This document shows, piece after piece, positions 22,300 to 36,992 of a stretch of 64,000 nt of DNA (the stretch's first letter is position 1; each line of letters opens with the position of its first letter). The notes beneath the pieces were generated by a model. That model had not been told where the DNA came from. It made no database searches and saw nothing but the letters and a program-made list of their open reading frames with translations. Source of the stretch: Octopus sinensis (lineage: Eukaryota). The DNA lies in assembly GCF_006345805.1 (NCBI RefSeq), contig NC_042998.1:168454001-168518000 (forward strand). The letters are read 5' to 3'. The translations under genes and the position numbers were made by a program.

Positions 22300-25200
22300 A
22301 ACAATAACAATAATGAGAATGAACATGGAAAAAATATTAACAATTACAATTACAATAACACTGAAGAAAGGAACTATTAACAATTATAACAACAACAATA
22401 TCAAAATTATCGCATGTGGAACAATCGACAAAATCGCTATTATGAACAACGAAAGCAACTATACCATTGCTACAAACAACACCACTGTTAATTACTAAAC
22501 TTTTATCACCATCGTCACCATTGACATCCTCTTAGACACAAACATGTCTTTCACACTTTGGAAGACACAGATAATTTCAACCTGAAACAAACGTGTTCCA
22601 ATTGCTACAGACACGGAAATTAAATATTAAACGAAAAATCTTAAGATATTGGTGTTCTGACAACAGTAAACCCCCGAAAGATAAAGGTCGGTAAAGGGAC
22701 CACATCATAGGAAAAAAAATTGCATGTTGGGGCTGTGGAACATCATATCCACACGAAAGCTTCAACAAACAGAAGTCTACGAAGACAACCAAGTATACGA
22801 GCTTCTGTATTAGTGGTGATCTAACTGCAAAGGCGTGTAAGGAACGTGAAATCAATATAAAATATTTTACCGTGATTATGGAGAACCATGTGATCATCAG
22901 CACAAAATCTACCCACAACAGAAACTAAAAATAATAAAAGTACGGATGATAATCACGACTGAGGATTCCCAACCTATTCTAGAAGAAAAAGAGGATTCAA
23001 TAAGCGTTATGGTAGAATGCAAGAGGTCTACATTTATGGCAGCACTAACCACCAGAGAGCATTTTGCCTTCAGACAAAAGATGTGAAAACCTCTTTGCAC
23101 CCAACACTTTAGCCATAACAATATCAACTGCAGCAACAACTCAGCAACAACAAGAAAAGCTGCAGCAATAACAGCTGCTAAAATAAAAATGCAGCACCCT
23201 CTTCAAAACAGGAGTTCTTAAAGGAATATCCTAAATTTGAGAGCAGTACAAAAAGTGAGAAAATGACACAAACCGTCACACACCCATCAACCTCTTTCCA
23301 CGTCCTTCTATGGCTCCTCGAGAAATGACAAGGAAAAGATGAAAAACGAAATAATGGAAACCGTCAGTATGAGAGTCAAAAAAAGGAATACACACAAACA
23401 CAGACACACACATATCTTTGTATGTATGTATGTATGTATGTATGTATGTATGTATGTATGTATGTATGTATGTATGTATGTATGTATGTATGTATGTATG
23501 TATGTATGTATGTATGTATGTATGTATGTATGTATGTATGTATGTCTTAAATGTCTTAAGGATGTATCATGCGCGGGGACATAGAAATAATCGGACTGAA
23601 TACCCGATCGCGCGGTTAAACCATTGGGAGTGAAGGACTCGTAGCCTTTGTTGGGCATCCTTCTAGGAGAAGGTAACTCAGGTAACTGGGATAACTCCGA
23701 CATAAAACCTGCGGCTCAGTGGTTACCGAGGATGTTGACTTGTTCTTCTTTTCAGATTATGGCTGCTGTTGCTTAGTGAGTGGGATTGACCCAGTGCACA
23801 GCCTTTCCTCACTTAAAAAAAAATCTTCTTGCACAAGCATTGCACGATAACAACATTGATTAAGCTTCGCGCAATGGTCATACTCGATAACGAGGGGGCA
23901 GCCACCACCATGTATGTATGTATGTATGTATGTATGTATGTATATGTGAACAACCATCAAGCAACTACACACAAAACAACGCAGGAAAATAAACGGAATT
24001 ACGAAACACGCATAAACCAGCTCTGCACAGGCATATCACCAATATCAACGAAACCAAAAACAACTAAAACAACCCACATCCTCAAAACCGCAACAATAGA
24101 TAAACCTTCAAGCGCACAATTTTGTTCTGGTTAACAAAGAAGTGGCGATTTACATTATCCAAAACAAAAACACACACAAAAAACGAGGATAAAGCTTTCG
24201 AGAGAATTACTTTCAAAGCTCCACCAAATACAGGTTTGGCGAAGAAGCTTTTAATTATTTATTAGATGGTAAATGAAAAGATCTTAAATGACACAGGACC
24301 CAGCAAAATAACAGCTGGAGAAGGAATTTTGGAAGAACCAAACAAAGAGTTTCATAAATGTCGAATTACCGAATTCTCTGTCTTTTCGCATGTGATCTCT
24401 CTCACCTTTCTATTTTCCAGACTAACATAGCTAACATTAGAGTAGAATGCATAACACAGCATAATAAACATGTACGTGGCCTGGAATCGGTCTCGAAGCA
24501 AAATATTTTGTTTTACTACATCAGGTCACTAGACATAGGTACAGTAGACATCAGTGAGACCAGGATTTCCAAGAAGCATGCACTCACACTCATCTTCAAC
24601 GGCTGCGAGATACACGTATCTCTTAAGGGGCATGGATATTAATCGGTGTGACTGTGTTTCGAAGGTTTTGATCTCGAAGTACGAACAATCGTAATAGATT
24701 CGAACGGTACCAGTAGTCTTGGGCGTGAGTGACAGGAAAAAGCGGAGCCTTCAGACTCGTGTCCGTCAATGCTCTAACAAGAGCAGAGTACCAAGAGTTT
24801 TTCAGATAGGCAGAAGTTTTACTGAGAACGTGCTGCTCATTAGTGCTTGTGGGAAACTAGCATTACACGCTGAATTGTATGGGATATTGTACATCTAGCT
24901 GATAGAAGAGTTGGAATGTAAACGTTTGGCATACCTATGTAAATATTTCCAACTGTCTTACAAGTACCAACTGGATTTCCGAATTAACCAGTGTAAGTAA
25001 TAAACATGACTTTGATAGAACCCTGAAAGACTTAGACCAATCAAAAGCTTATGATATTATCGACCATTCTTATTTGGTGATTGTCTTCAAAGCAGTCAGT
25101 TTCGGTTTCATAGTTCCAATTGCTTCAGTATTACAGCAGCACCTACTAGAGACCGTTTCAGATCACGCATTTAGTCCGCAATGGTTCCTTCTCATTTCTT

Positions 25201-26830
25201 CTGTATGTATTAGATTTTTTAGTTATTACTGCGGAAGCTGGGGCATTTCAGGGACATCCCGCTAGAAATGGGTTGCGAATGCAGACGACATCATCGTAAT
25301 AGAGATGGAAAATGAAGAAAGCAGCATCCTTCTAATGGGAATACGAAATTTTGACAAAAGCAAAAATATAATCGAGTAAGTCGGTGGGCTTGCAATTCGC
25401 ACCTACAGAAACAAGTCCTTGCCGTCGGACAGTGTCCTGTGGTACTGAAAAACGGTCATTTGAGGTTACTTTTTACAAGGTTTCCTCTGGACATCCATGG
25501 ATAAGAAATGGGGTAGAGTAGGGCCGTGAGCAAGATAGGTCAGACAGGGATACCGAATGTATGACTAACATGCCTTCCTCTACTTTACATTTGATCAGGT
25601 TATGACATTTGCTCTTTCTCTTCTTGTGGAAGGAATGCCTTCCACCTGTCAGACTGTCCGTCTACTCTCAATACCCTCAGCATGAGAGTAGGACTCGGTA
25701 TGCCTAGCTCCTTATACGTAAGCGCTGAAACTGCGGTACCCATAATGATTCTTTGACATTCAGCGTGTGTGGTTACCTTTTGTCAGGCACATATTTCCAC
25801 GGCTCGTATTCTGAATGGATCTGCAGCTCCAGATCAATTAAGTCCATGACTGGATGCCTAGTATCTCTGATATTGTCATGCGCTTACAACTCTCATCCAG
25901 TCGAGCAATGCAGCCGGTAGAACTTTCACGTTGCCGTTCTATGAAGAACTGGAGGTGAGGGGAGAGCGACAACATTATTAGGGAAACTTGGCATCAATCA
26001 CAATCCGACAGGCCTGTTCCAAGGACTTTAGCCGCAGAATTAATAAATAACTTCCAGAAGTACAGTGGCATTGTTGATGCTAGTCAGAATCTGTAAGTAC
26101 GGAAGTGTCAACATCCGGCCCTCTCTGAGACAAATCCTGTGGAACGAAATTGTTTTTACACAGTGCCCGAGTACTGCTGTTTTGGAGAGTTTCGTCGAAC
26201 AGCTGTTGTGACGAGTAGGAAGGATTCAGCTGTTTGTTGAGTATACAGTAAAATCACTCCACCTGCTTCTTTTGGCTTGGAAGTGCAGGTAGTTTTTCTG
26301 TCTGGTGGTTACGGCGAATTGTGTGTGGAAGACACTGAAAGAACTGAAAATAGGTTAGTCATGCATTGGGTATCCCTGTCCGACATTTCTAGGATATCTT
26401 CCGCACGGCCCTACTCTACCCCATTTCTTATCCATGGAAGTCCAGAAGAAACCTTGTAAAAAGCAACGTTGGAAGTTTCGCTTGAAAAGGAAAGTGAAGA
26501 TGGAGGAAAAAGTGCTGCTTCCTAGTTTATTTACTGAAAGATAGATAAGAGTTGCAAATATAGCACATGTAAACTATGAGCATGTATTTGAAGGCCGAGA
26601 AATGAGAGATGAGAGAGTAAACTTACCCCTTGTGGTTAGAAGGGGGCAGTTATTCTAGGGTTACCTTGATAGATCATAAACAGCTGTTCTCTGTCAGGGA
26701 ATTTTTTTTTGTTTGGATTTTGCCGTTACACGTTTTGTAATTTTTGTAATTTCTTTTTATGTAGCCCCTCATTAAGATATACCTTGACTTTTGTACAGCT
26801 TTCTTTTGTACAGTTTACTTTTACCTTTTA
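22300..26830 (+). mobile_element. Long, heavily decayed Tx1/L1-clade LINE (ORF1 relic, APE, RT, 3' end)
   Basis: HVRGL...YIRSLDIGTVDISETRI (APE N-terminus, ~24470), QGCPLS-like and NADDIIV (~25180-25300, RT), shared C-terminus at ~26300-26560. Interrupted by element Y copy 2. Confidence 0.65.
23546..23910 (+). mobile_element. Element Y copy 2, between (TATG)n arrays
   Basis: TCTAGGAGAAGGTAACTC...ATAAAACC RTE-5'UTR-like motif; 3' half homologous to 15377-15620; (TATG)n on both flanks. Confidence 0.65.
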
Positions 26831-26839
26831 TCTTTTACT

Positions 26840-27240
26840 TGTTTCAGTCATTAGACTGCGGCCATGCTGGAGCACCACCTTGAAGAATCTTTAGTCGAAC
26901 GAATCGACTCGAGGACTTATTTTTAAGCCTGGTACCTATTCAGTTGAACCCTTTTGGCGAACCGCTAGTTTAGGGGGGTGTAAACAAGCCATCACCGGTC
27001 GTGAAGCGGCAGTGGGGCACAAATAGAGATACAAACACATGCACACATACACACACTCACATATCTATATATACGACGGACTTCTTTCAGTTTTCATCGA
27101 CCAAATCCACCCACAAGGCTTTGGTCGGCCCAAGCCTTTAATAGAAGACACTTGCCCAAAGTGCTACGCAGTGGGATGGAACTCGGAACCATGTGATTGA
27201 GAAGCTAACTACTTCTTACCACACAGCCACGCCTGCACCT
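26840..27240 (-). mobile_element. tRNA-derived SINE family B
   Basis: Minus strand reads GGCGTGGCTGTGTGGTAAG...GGTTCCGAGTTCCATCCCACTGCG...GGGCAAGTGTCTTCTA, with tail GCTCCAGCATGGCCGCAGTC. Confidence 0.8.
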
Positions 27241-27309
27241 ACTGTTTACTTTTGAAAAGCTTCTCACTCCTCCCATTATCAAGCAATTTGAGCGTTTGTG
27301 GATAGTAAC

Positions 27310-27362
<53 letters not shown>

Positions 27363-28499
27363 GGTTTCCTGAGATTTCAGACAGATGTCCTTCTGATTTA
27401 TCTGCGTCATCTGGTTATTACCACGTTTTTTGCAAAAATTAGTTGATAGCTTTACACGCATAATCCTATTTTCAAGACTAGTGAGATTTATTTAATTAAC
27501 ACATACTTAATTTTGAAAAATTGAGGAAGAAATTTTGTTGAACACTTTGATGCATGTTTTCTTTGTGGTTAGAGTTGACGTCGTTGGATATCAACACCTT
27601 TTTCTGCAAAACTGGATAAATTTTTTACATGTCGCATACCACTTTTTACTAAGGAAGTGAAGTTTAATTGATTTTCGCCATATTTTGAAGTAAAAAGAAA
27701 AGAATTTTATTGGTCATTTTGTAGTTTCTTTTGATTTGACTTTATTCATCAATAAGGAAACGCCTACCAAAAATAAAAAAAGAAAAGAAAAGCATGTATT
27801 GGGAAAACAACAATGGGTCTTCTTTGCAGCAAGACACATATGGTTTAAGAATGGAAAATATTGATTTTTTTTCCGGGGGAAAAAATAGCGACTTGTGTGG
27901 GATTGGAAACACGATCAGTAGAGACAATAACTGCAACAACAACAATAACAACAACAACAACAACAACAGCAGCAACAGTAACAACAACAACAACAACAAC
28001 AACAAAAACGCTGACGCTTTCACTTAAATACAACACAGCTTTTCGTGCGAGAAATGCGCAAATGAAAGCCTACAGTATTGAAACTTTGGATATTGACAAA
28101 TTACAATTCGAAATAGAATTTTGATAACTTTTTGTTAAAGGGAAGATTGTCTCCTTGATCGGAATTTTTTGTCAGGAGCGGGAAACAAGAAAACCGACCT
28201 ATCTTTGCCTTACAAAGAAAGACTCACTTTGCCTCGGGACACCTGATATGGAAAGTTTTAGCAATTATTTGGATAATTATTTTGTCAATAAAGAAAGGCA
28301 AAACTTACCGCACTATTTGCTTGACCTTTGAGACTGAGTGCGATGCGTGACACGAATCCAGAGATTAAGACTTTTTAGAGATTTTGTCCTTAAACTCGTA
28401 CGGAGCTGCGTAACTCAAAGATGACATTCAGAGCATTGTAAATGAATAATTTAAATAATATATAAATATATGCATATATACATACATATATGTACATAC

Positions 28500-28720
28500 C
28501 TACATCTATATGTATATATACATGCATATATGGGTAGAGGACATCATGAAAACGTTGAACACAATGAGAAACGAAAACATAAAAACAAAAACATGGAAAC
28601 GAACTCTATTTCAAACAACGAAAAAATAGAGAACAAGCCATACAACACAAGGAATATTCCCCTTCTTCAGTTGTCCCTGTTTCGTCTACTCCACGTTTCG
28701 AATTCAACTTTCTGTTGGTT
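28500..28720 (-). repeat. Dispersed ~200-bp repeat (second copy at 55025-55200, +)
   Basis: Shared TTCGAAAC.TG.AGTAG...AACTGAAGAAGGGGA.TATTC...TTTTCGTTTCTCATTGTGTTC. Confidence 0.7.
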
Positions 28721-29148
28721 TTGTAAGTCAATATGAATAAATAAGTGTATAAGTAACGAAGAGCACCATGAAATAATGGAGATTGCATAAATAGGTTGTT
28801 AATCTTTATGACTCTTCAAGAATACATGAGCAGTACGGAACTGTTTCTCGTTGCGGGTGTCGAGACAAATGAGATGAGGCTGATGGAATATTTAAAAAAA
28901 TACCTCTATTTTTACAGCTCTTCAAGTAAAAACCACTGAAGTACTTTTGTTCTGAAGTGATGGAAAAGTGGAGCAAAAGAGAAAGCTAAAGCACCAGGCT
29001 GTATTTCCTTGAGCTTCTTAAGTTCATAATTTCGGGGGTTGCTAACCCAGTAACCCTACTAGTCTCTCAGTCCGTTGCAATCTTCTGTCTCAGAAGCAAA
29101 CGACGCCAAGGCTCCGATCCGAACGGCATCAGAATTGTCTTGTAAAGA

Positions 29149-29197
<49 letters not shown>

Positions 29198-29429
29198 GAG
29201 AGAGATGATGATGATGATGAATTGATGGATGGATGAGTGGATGGAAGGATGAATAAGTACAAACTTCCAGTGAAAGCAAAAGAAAAATCACGAAAAAAAA
29301 ATCTCCAAGGAAGAGAAATGAAGCTAAGGGGAAGATGATCGAAAGACTTAATGAGCGCCTCGTCGGCACTGTTATTTATCGCTTACTTATGTTATTTATA
29401 CCTCTTATATAGAAAGCGAATGAATAATC

Positions 29430-30220
29430 TTTTCTACTCTAGGCACAAGGCCCGGAATTTTGGGGGAGGGCGCCAGTCGATTAGATCGATTTCAGTACGC
29501 AACTGGTACTTAATTTATCAAACCCTGAAAGGATGAAAGGCAAAGTCGCTCTCGGCAGAATTTGAACTCAGAACATATAGACAGACGTAATACCGATTAT
29601 ATCGACCCCAGTGGGTAACTGGTACTTATTTAATCGACTCCGAAACGATGAAAAGCAAAGTCAAACTCGGCGGGATTTGAACTCAGAACGTAACGGCAGA
29701 CGAAATATCGCTAAGCATTTCGCCCGGCGTTCTAGCGTTTCTGCCAGCTCGCCGCTTTTAACGAAATACTTATTTCTTTACTGCCCACAAAGGGCTAAAC
29801 ACAGAGGGGACAAACAAGGACAGACAAACGGATTAAGTCGATTGCATCGACCCCAGTGCGTAACTGGTACTTATTTAATCGACCCCGAAAGGATGAAAGG
29901 CAAAGTCTACCTCGGCGGAATTTGAACTCAGAACGTAGCGGCAGACGAAATACCGCTTAGCATTTCGCCCGGCATGCTAACGTTTCTTATTTCTTTATTG
30001 CCCACAAGGGGCTAAACATACAGGGGACAAACAAGGACAGACAAAGGTATTAAGTCGATTACATCGACACCAGTGCGTAACTGGTACTTAATTTATTGAC
30101 CCCGAAAGGATGAAAGGCAAAGCCTACCTCGGCGGAATTTGAACTCAGAACGTAACGGCAGACGAAATGCCGCTAAGCATTTCGCCCGGTGTGCTAACGG
30201 TTCTGCCAGCTCGCCGACTT
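29430..30220 (-). mobile_element. Head-to-tail array of ~4-5 SINE family A units
   Basis: Repeated family A cores and B boxes, CpG-intact. Confidence 0.9.
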
Positions 30221-31289
30221 AGAAAGCGAGCGAATAATGAAATATTAATCAATTTAAAGATGTGCAGATATACTAAAGAAGCATAAGGAGAACGATCTTT
30301 TAGCAAACCCAAGTGTAGGAGTAACTTTAAAAATCCTACCACGCTTCAGAATGACTTTGCTGATTTAGTAAGAGTTGGGTACTAATTCATGCATTGCCAG
30401 AGAAATAAAATTTGATAGTATTAGTGAAAATTTTGCGCATAAAAAAAGTCAGCAAAGGCTAATTACATTAACTAATTAGTTTTATAATTGTCTTGTATAA
30501 AGAATAGTGCGATCTGGTCATTCTGGTGCACAGAGAATAAAACATAACAGGAAAATTATCAGCGACCGTAATCAGCTAGCATGCCTGTATGATAGGCATA
30601 CACAAAAACTGTCTGCTTTGTTCATATTTTATCACGACTATTTTTCTATGAAGGACAAAAATTACACTCCAGCTTTAAATTTTATGTAATATAATTTTCA
30701 TCGATTGAAAAGGTAAAAATGACTATTTAAGATTCACGTGCACCTTACATCTGCAATTCTGAAAAGCCCGTCCCTCTGGCGAAGGCTTAAAGTCAGTATC
30801 CTTCCGTTTTGCTAAAGTTCTCATGGATCTTACAGACACGAGCGCGCATGCGCACGTGTGTGGGTATGTATGTACATAGACATGTATTTATATCTATATT
30901 CATACATACATACATACACATATATATATATATATAGACACACACATGCACACACACATGCACACACACATACACATACACGCTTAAAACATTAAATATA
31001 ATAAACATAAATAAAAGTGAAATAAATTTGAGCCCCAAAACAGAAACTAAAACAATATTCCCACTTTACAATCTATAAATATAACACCAACAAAAGAAAG
31101 GAAAAAAAAACTATGGATCTATTTACACGTTTTGTCAAGTAAAATTAAGAATTTAAGGATTTAAGGTTCAAATGCACTTCAAATCCTAAATTTTCAGAGC
31201 ACCGATCGGCCGTGAGCCCAAAGCTAGTCATCTTCCGCTTTACAAAATTTCGGGGGTTGCTTCCCCCAGTGTCTGGTCCCAGTGAGCAT

Positions 31290-31720
31290 CGTCCTCCAGT
31301 AGTCCAGGTTTGGTTCTCTGTAGATCGTGCAGACTTCCCCATTGTGTCTTCGAAAGTCTGTGAATGATGTAGGACCTCTGAGAGTGTGTAGCAGTAGATG
31401 CAGAAAGAAGCACTCCCACTGATTAGGGAGCACAGTGTATACCCGCCCAGAGGCCTCACTTCTGAAGACAGCATGTTCTTCCCAGTCCTCAACACATGCT
31501 TCTTGCTTGTGTTTGTTCCATCTATTGTGTGCCCTGATATAGTACACAAGAACCTCTACATACAACAGTATCCTGGCAAACAGATCACATAGCCGTCATT
31601 TGAAGAAAGCTGTCAAAGTGGTTTCTGATGGATTCAGAACTACATTTTGAGCATTGTCGCGTGTGAAATATACAGGCTGGCCATTTTCAGATAGATTCTA
31701 AGAAGGTGCTCCTACATGTA
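31290..31720 (-). pseudogene. Helitron Rep/helicase (RepHel) fragment
   Basis: LSENGQPVYFTRDNA...ETTLTAFFK and GRVYTVLPNQWECFFLHLLLHTLRGPTSFTDFRRHNGEVCTIYRE match conserved Helitron RepHel motifs. Confidence 0.85.
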
Positions 31721-32343
31721 AACAGGGTGTGACCTTTGTGATGACAGTGCATTTGTGTAAAAGCAGAACAGTTCTTCTTGCAGCGCTTGTCAATTGGCTG
31801 AAGTGACATGAAAGCGGATCTATTGTTTAGGAAAATATTATTTACTTGTTTAAGGGTTGTACTGGATAAATTGCGAAAATAACTCTAAAAGTTCAAATAC
31901 TAAGAAATAAACTTGATTTATACCAACTTGATTTATACCAAATAATATAGGAAAATCTGGCTTAGAAATTGAATGGGTTATTTCTCTTTGCTTTTAAGAT
32001 AAAATATATTTGCTATTATAAGGATCCCTTCGACGAGCCCTAGCCATCCAATTGTAGATTTTTATTAAACTTCAACGAGTTTAGTAACTAACTGAATATC
32101 ACTTTAGCATGTTTGCAAAGTTTCACGAAAATTCGTTAACGGTTGTAGACGGCAACCATAGCACAGACAACTTTCTTTTATATATGTATAAGATATATAT
32201 ATATGTGTGTGTGCGTGTGTGTGTGCATATAAACAGCATTGCCACGTAACGAACTACAAGTATAGTATGTGCAGACTGTGTTATCGAATCTGTTTATATT
32301 ATCAACTTCTTTTAGCTAGACTTTATACCAACATTCATCATTA

Positions 32344-32390
<47 letters not shown>

Positions 32391-34346
32391 AGGGAGAGAG
32401 AGAGAGAGGGAGGGAGAGAGAGAGAGAGGGAGGGAGAGAGAGAGTGGGGCACAATATCAACGTTATCTCAAACAGATGTATGTTTATACTAAAGCAATTT
32501 CAAATGAAATATTGCCGGTCATAAAACATGTTCTTGTATTCAAGTTGACAGACAATCTGAGATTTGAAAATTGTATTTGTTAGATACGATCAATTGGGAC
32601 TAATGTCACTGGTTTTTCTCAACTTGGTGAAAAGAATTGACATTTAGCAATACGTGAGATATATTACTGAAGAAATATTTAACGTTAAACATTACTTTTT
32701 TGGCATTTGAACTTCGTTTTATTTCTTATTCAGTTATTCACCTTTTTCGACCCTTGAGATTCAATCGGAACATCTGCAGATCTATCTCTGTAAGATAACC
32801 ATAGGGAACGAGAAAATAGATATATATATATGAGTCTGAAGAATGATTGGAAAAAGTAAGTTTGTGGGGAGAGACACGATAGAATTTGAGGGACGAGATA
32901 CAGAAGGTATAGAGTAAGAAGGACTAATAGGTTTGTATGTTTGCCTTTAGCTGACAAGATTCGTAGCTGGCTAGTTCAGGGAGTCTGTATTTTATAATTA
33001 TCTTACAAGTAGAGAAAAGAAATAGATTATATTTGAGCCAGTGGTTGTAGTACATCGGAGGATGCGTATTTTCAACTCAGCCGAATGATTTGTTTTGGGG
33101 ATACACTTACGATGATTTTGTGTATGAGTTCAATTGTGTGTACACGCGAGGATGTGCGTGTGTATGTGTGTGTGATTAGGTTTGTGTGGGTCGTTGGATG
33201 GGTAAGTGTTTGTGTAACGACAGTACTGTTCCAGAGACGCAGACAATAAATAGTACTCACAAAACCTTTTTCAGCCATGCCCATGCCATCGATTTTTATA
33301 TGAGCTATGTATGATACAGATATACTTTTCGAACAGATGGGACTATATATTTTATTATAAAACGATGAAAAGTTATAAGCTGTTTTGGCATGAAGCTACA
33401 TATCGTTTATCAAAAGATATTTTCCGTCCCCTTTCTAATTCTGTCGAAGGCATGCATTGAATTACATTATCTCTGTTTCTTTTTCACATGTACTTGTATT
33501 GGAATGCATTTTTTTCATTTGCAACCGTAAAGGAATTGGAAAAGCCAGTTATTTATTAGTTCCCATGCCTGGAGTATTGGTTTTTAGATAGTTGTCGACA
33601 AGCATCATATGATGAGAGTGTTGCTATGAAACACAATACCGCTTTCATTTACTTTCTAACTCAAAAGCAAATGAAAGCTGATGATACGATGCTAACTGAA
33701 TATGAATTAACGTTCGTTAAAAATAAAATAAAAAAATGCAGAACTGAATAGAATTCCTGATATCACTTAAGACTGTCTGGATAAGCCATTATGAAAAATG
33801 AATAAAAGGAATGAATATGTTATAATCAACGAAATAATTTGTGTGCCATATTAAATTAACCTTATTTTCGAAAAAGGTGAGGAATGAGAAAAGAAAAAGA
33901 AAAAGCGGAAGAAAAGTAAATGGCATCATTATGGTGTGTTGTTCGGGAAAGAAGAAAATTGTAGTGACTGGAACACAGGATTGACAAATTAAAAGTACAT
34001 ATCTTAATCTATTTATTCTTTGTAGTACATTTACTGCTAAAGATTAATCCATGACAGACACGATAGCATGTAGGTTCCATTGGTATACGGTATTTAATAT
34101 CATCTATCAACGTTCACGTTCAAAATTCCATCAGAGTTGACCAATATTTTCCTTCCAATAGTTGCAGATATAGAAATAAAGTACTTGTCGAGTATTGATG
34201 TAGGTTTCGTTTAGTCCCTTTCTATTAAACTGTGTCCATATACTAATATGTAAGATTAATCCAAATTTATAGAAATGAGCTGAATTGATTTAAGTACTAG
34301 AACTCACGAAGGGAATATAAAAATTCACCAACATATTTAGCGTTAA

Positions 34347-34566
34347 CCCTTTTGTTACTGCATTTATTTTGAGATGCTCTCTATTTCATTCAATTACTTT
34401 AAATATAACAAAGAATTTAGTAAAATAACTTAGTTATCGTTCATAGAGTGTTAGGAACATAAATTGTGACTAAGGTTTGGTGGAAGATTTTAATTCAAAA
34501 CTTATGAAAACAAGACATTTGTATCCAGAGCCAGAGACGGTTTCAGCCAGGTTGGTAATAAAAGGG
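34347..34566. mobile_element. piggyBac-type MITE (220 bp)
   Basis: TTAA|CCCTTTTGTTAC ... GTAATAAAAGGG|TTTA: CCC/GGG termini with TTAA-like flanks. Confidence 0.65.
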
Positions 34567-35189
34567 TTTATAAAAAGTGCATGAAAAACTCAATAGAAAT
34601 AATTATGCTATGCGAAAAAAAAAACAGCAATATTATTTGAATTATTTGAACAACTCTGGATTGTTTTAGACTTACAAACTCATCAGTTAGGAACAGTCTT
34701 CATCGTATTGTCGAAGTGGTAATGGATGTACAATATTATGTACTGGTCGGTGCAGAATTGTTTCATACTTAAAGCATATAAACAGTTGACAGGCAAGATT
34801 GCATTATCTTGCCTCTCAACGCTGTATAAAATTTATCTGTTACAGAGATGACTGTTTTAAGTTAATGCTATTTCAGTTGCACATGCCTAGTTTATATTCA
34901 GCTCGACGGGTATTTTCAATATCAGTAAATGCATTGATCAGTGTTTTCAATATATAGGAGGCGACAGATATCATCTAGGCATATGTCAGCAAGTACACAT
35001 CATTGACAAGGCCCAAAAAGGCCGAAATGTATCTGGCGTTTCTGCTAGCCGATGCCGTGAAGATTTTTCGTTTCCTACCGATATATATATATAATATATA
35101 TATATATATATGCACTTATGAATATACATAAATACACACACATTTTCTTTACACAGCTCGTCATTGAGAGACTTTGTGTCGAACGAAAA

Positions 35190-35461
35190 CTGCCACCAAG
35201 CATGATATCGTCAACGATATTTAAGTATCCCCCGAAAGAAAGTCACGGAAAAGTTAACCAAGTACAAAGACTTCGACATTAAAATAAGCAGGATGTTGAA
35301 TATGAACACCGAAATAATACCAGTGGTTGCGAGAGTACTAGAACTCATGAAGGGAATATAAAAATTCACCAAGAATGTCCCAAGAAACATTATTTTTTAT
35401 CCAGAAGTTCGCGCTGCCTGGAACAGTTCACATACCATGGAGAGTTTTGTCAATGAAGTGA
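35190..35461 (+). mobile_element. R4/Dong-clade RLE C-terminal fragment
   Basis: EKLTKYKDFDIKISRMLNMNTEIIPVV...IQKFALPGTVHI. Confidence 0.65.
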
Positions 35462-35479
35462 CATCAAACTATCACAGTC

Positions 35480-35860
35480 AACTTAACCACCAAAGGCAGT
35501 CACCTTCTCCATTTCTTCCTCCGTCAATCTACAGGTGCATACTCAGACCAAACCTGTTCACTCGGACCGTCCTTGCCAATCCCATTTAAATTTCAACAAA
35601 TTTGCTGAAAGTTTCGCGTCCCTTTTAAATTAAACTTGAAATTGATAAAATTTCTGCTAAAGAAGATATCTTTCTTCAACCCTTCAGTCTTGTCCACCAC
35701 ACAACCTCTTCCGCCAAAGTCACATGGCACGCGAAGACAGCCTTCCCTTTTCGGTCAAAGGTAGGTGGCGGGACGATTTCCATAACAGACTCAGCTGATA
35801 GCTGTTTCACACACGTCAGCAGGTGTTCCACATAACTCCACAAGCCAGCTATGCTCGAGT
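35480..35860 (-). mobile_element. Tx1/L1-clade LINE 3' fragment
   Basis: GAAGAGGTTGTGTGGTGGACAAGACTGAAGGG on minus matches 8040-8080. Confidence 0.65.
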
Positions 35861-36112
35861 ATGCTCTAATAATTCTGCTAATTCTGCCTCAACAGATTTG
35901 GAACACGGAAAAAAAAAGAAAAATGCGCACAGTTGTAGAAATTAGTTTCACCAAAGACGTTAGCAATATTAAAGATAAGTGTAATCTTAACGTCTATACC
36001 GAACTAATAAGACGTGTACAGTTACGCGCTAGGAAGATAGTTTTAGAGTTATGCCTCTAATTGTTTGGACACTTGGATATGGAATTAACTGTCACAGTAC
36101 GAGTCTTCAGAA

Positions 36113-36378
36113 ATTGAGCTTTATAAAACCATGAAGAACACGACTAATTAGAAAATTATAGCTACACGCCATTAAAACCACGCTCAATTATATAAGACAT
36201 TCTAGAAGTTTGGCTAGTAAAATGTGTATTTATAAATGTGTAGATACATGAAAATGAATATACGTACACAAACGTAAGCTAAAAGATACAAATCAACACA
36301 TGCAATGATATCTGTGCTTTCACTCGTGTGTGTGTGTAGATGCAAATCTATATAATTATATGCATACACGCGAACACG

Positions 36379-36424
<46 letters not shown>

Positions 36425-36467
36425 TATGTATGTATGTATATATATATATGTACACACATACATACAT

Positions 36468-36554
<87 letters not shown>

Positions 36555-36844
36555 TATATATATATAATATATATATATATACGTGTTCGCGTGTATGCAT
36601 ATAATTATATAGATTTGCATCTACACACACACACGAGTGAAAGTACAGATATCATTGCATGTGTTGATTTGTATCTTTTAGCTTACGTTTGTGTACGTAT
36701 ATTCATTTTCATGTATCTACACATTTATAAATACACATTTTACTAGCCAAACTTCTAGAATGTCTTATATAATTGAGCGTGGTTTTAATGGCGTGTAGCT
36801 ATAATTTTCTAATTAGTCGTGTTCTTCATGGTTTTATAAAGCTC

Positions 36845-36848
<4 letters not shown>
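36113..36848. repeat. Near-perfect ~270-bp inverted repeat around an (AT)n tract
   Basis: 36113-~36380 versus ~36580-36848; only one substitution seen. Confidence 0.95.
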
Positions 36849-36892
<44 letters not shown>

Positions 36893-36940
36893 TTATATAT
36901 ATATATATAATATATATATATACATACAGATATATATATA

Positions 36941-36992
<52 letters not shown>

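Noticed and set aside
23560-23720. HDV-like ribozyme in element Y copy 2
   Set aside because: Hairpins are present, but no P3/L3/J4-2 arrangement could be parsed.
28640-28720. GAAAC ... CTGAAGA motifs (also 55030-55062) as a type II hammerhead
   Set aside because: Stem I cannot form and stem II relies on G-U pairs; kept only as a dispersed repeat.
29430-30220. CRISPR-like repeat-spacer array
   Set aside because: The units are SINE copies with no unique spacers, in a eukaryotic context with no cas genes.
32734-32789. 56-nt plus-strand exon candidate
   Set aside because: Good splice signals and open frames, but no recognisable protein or partner exons.
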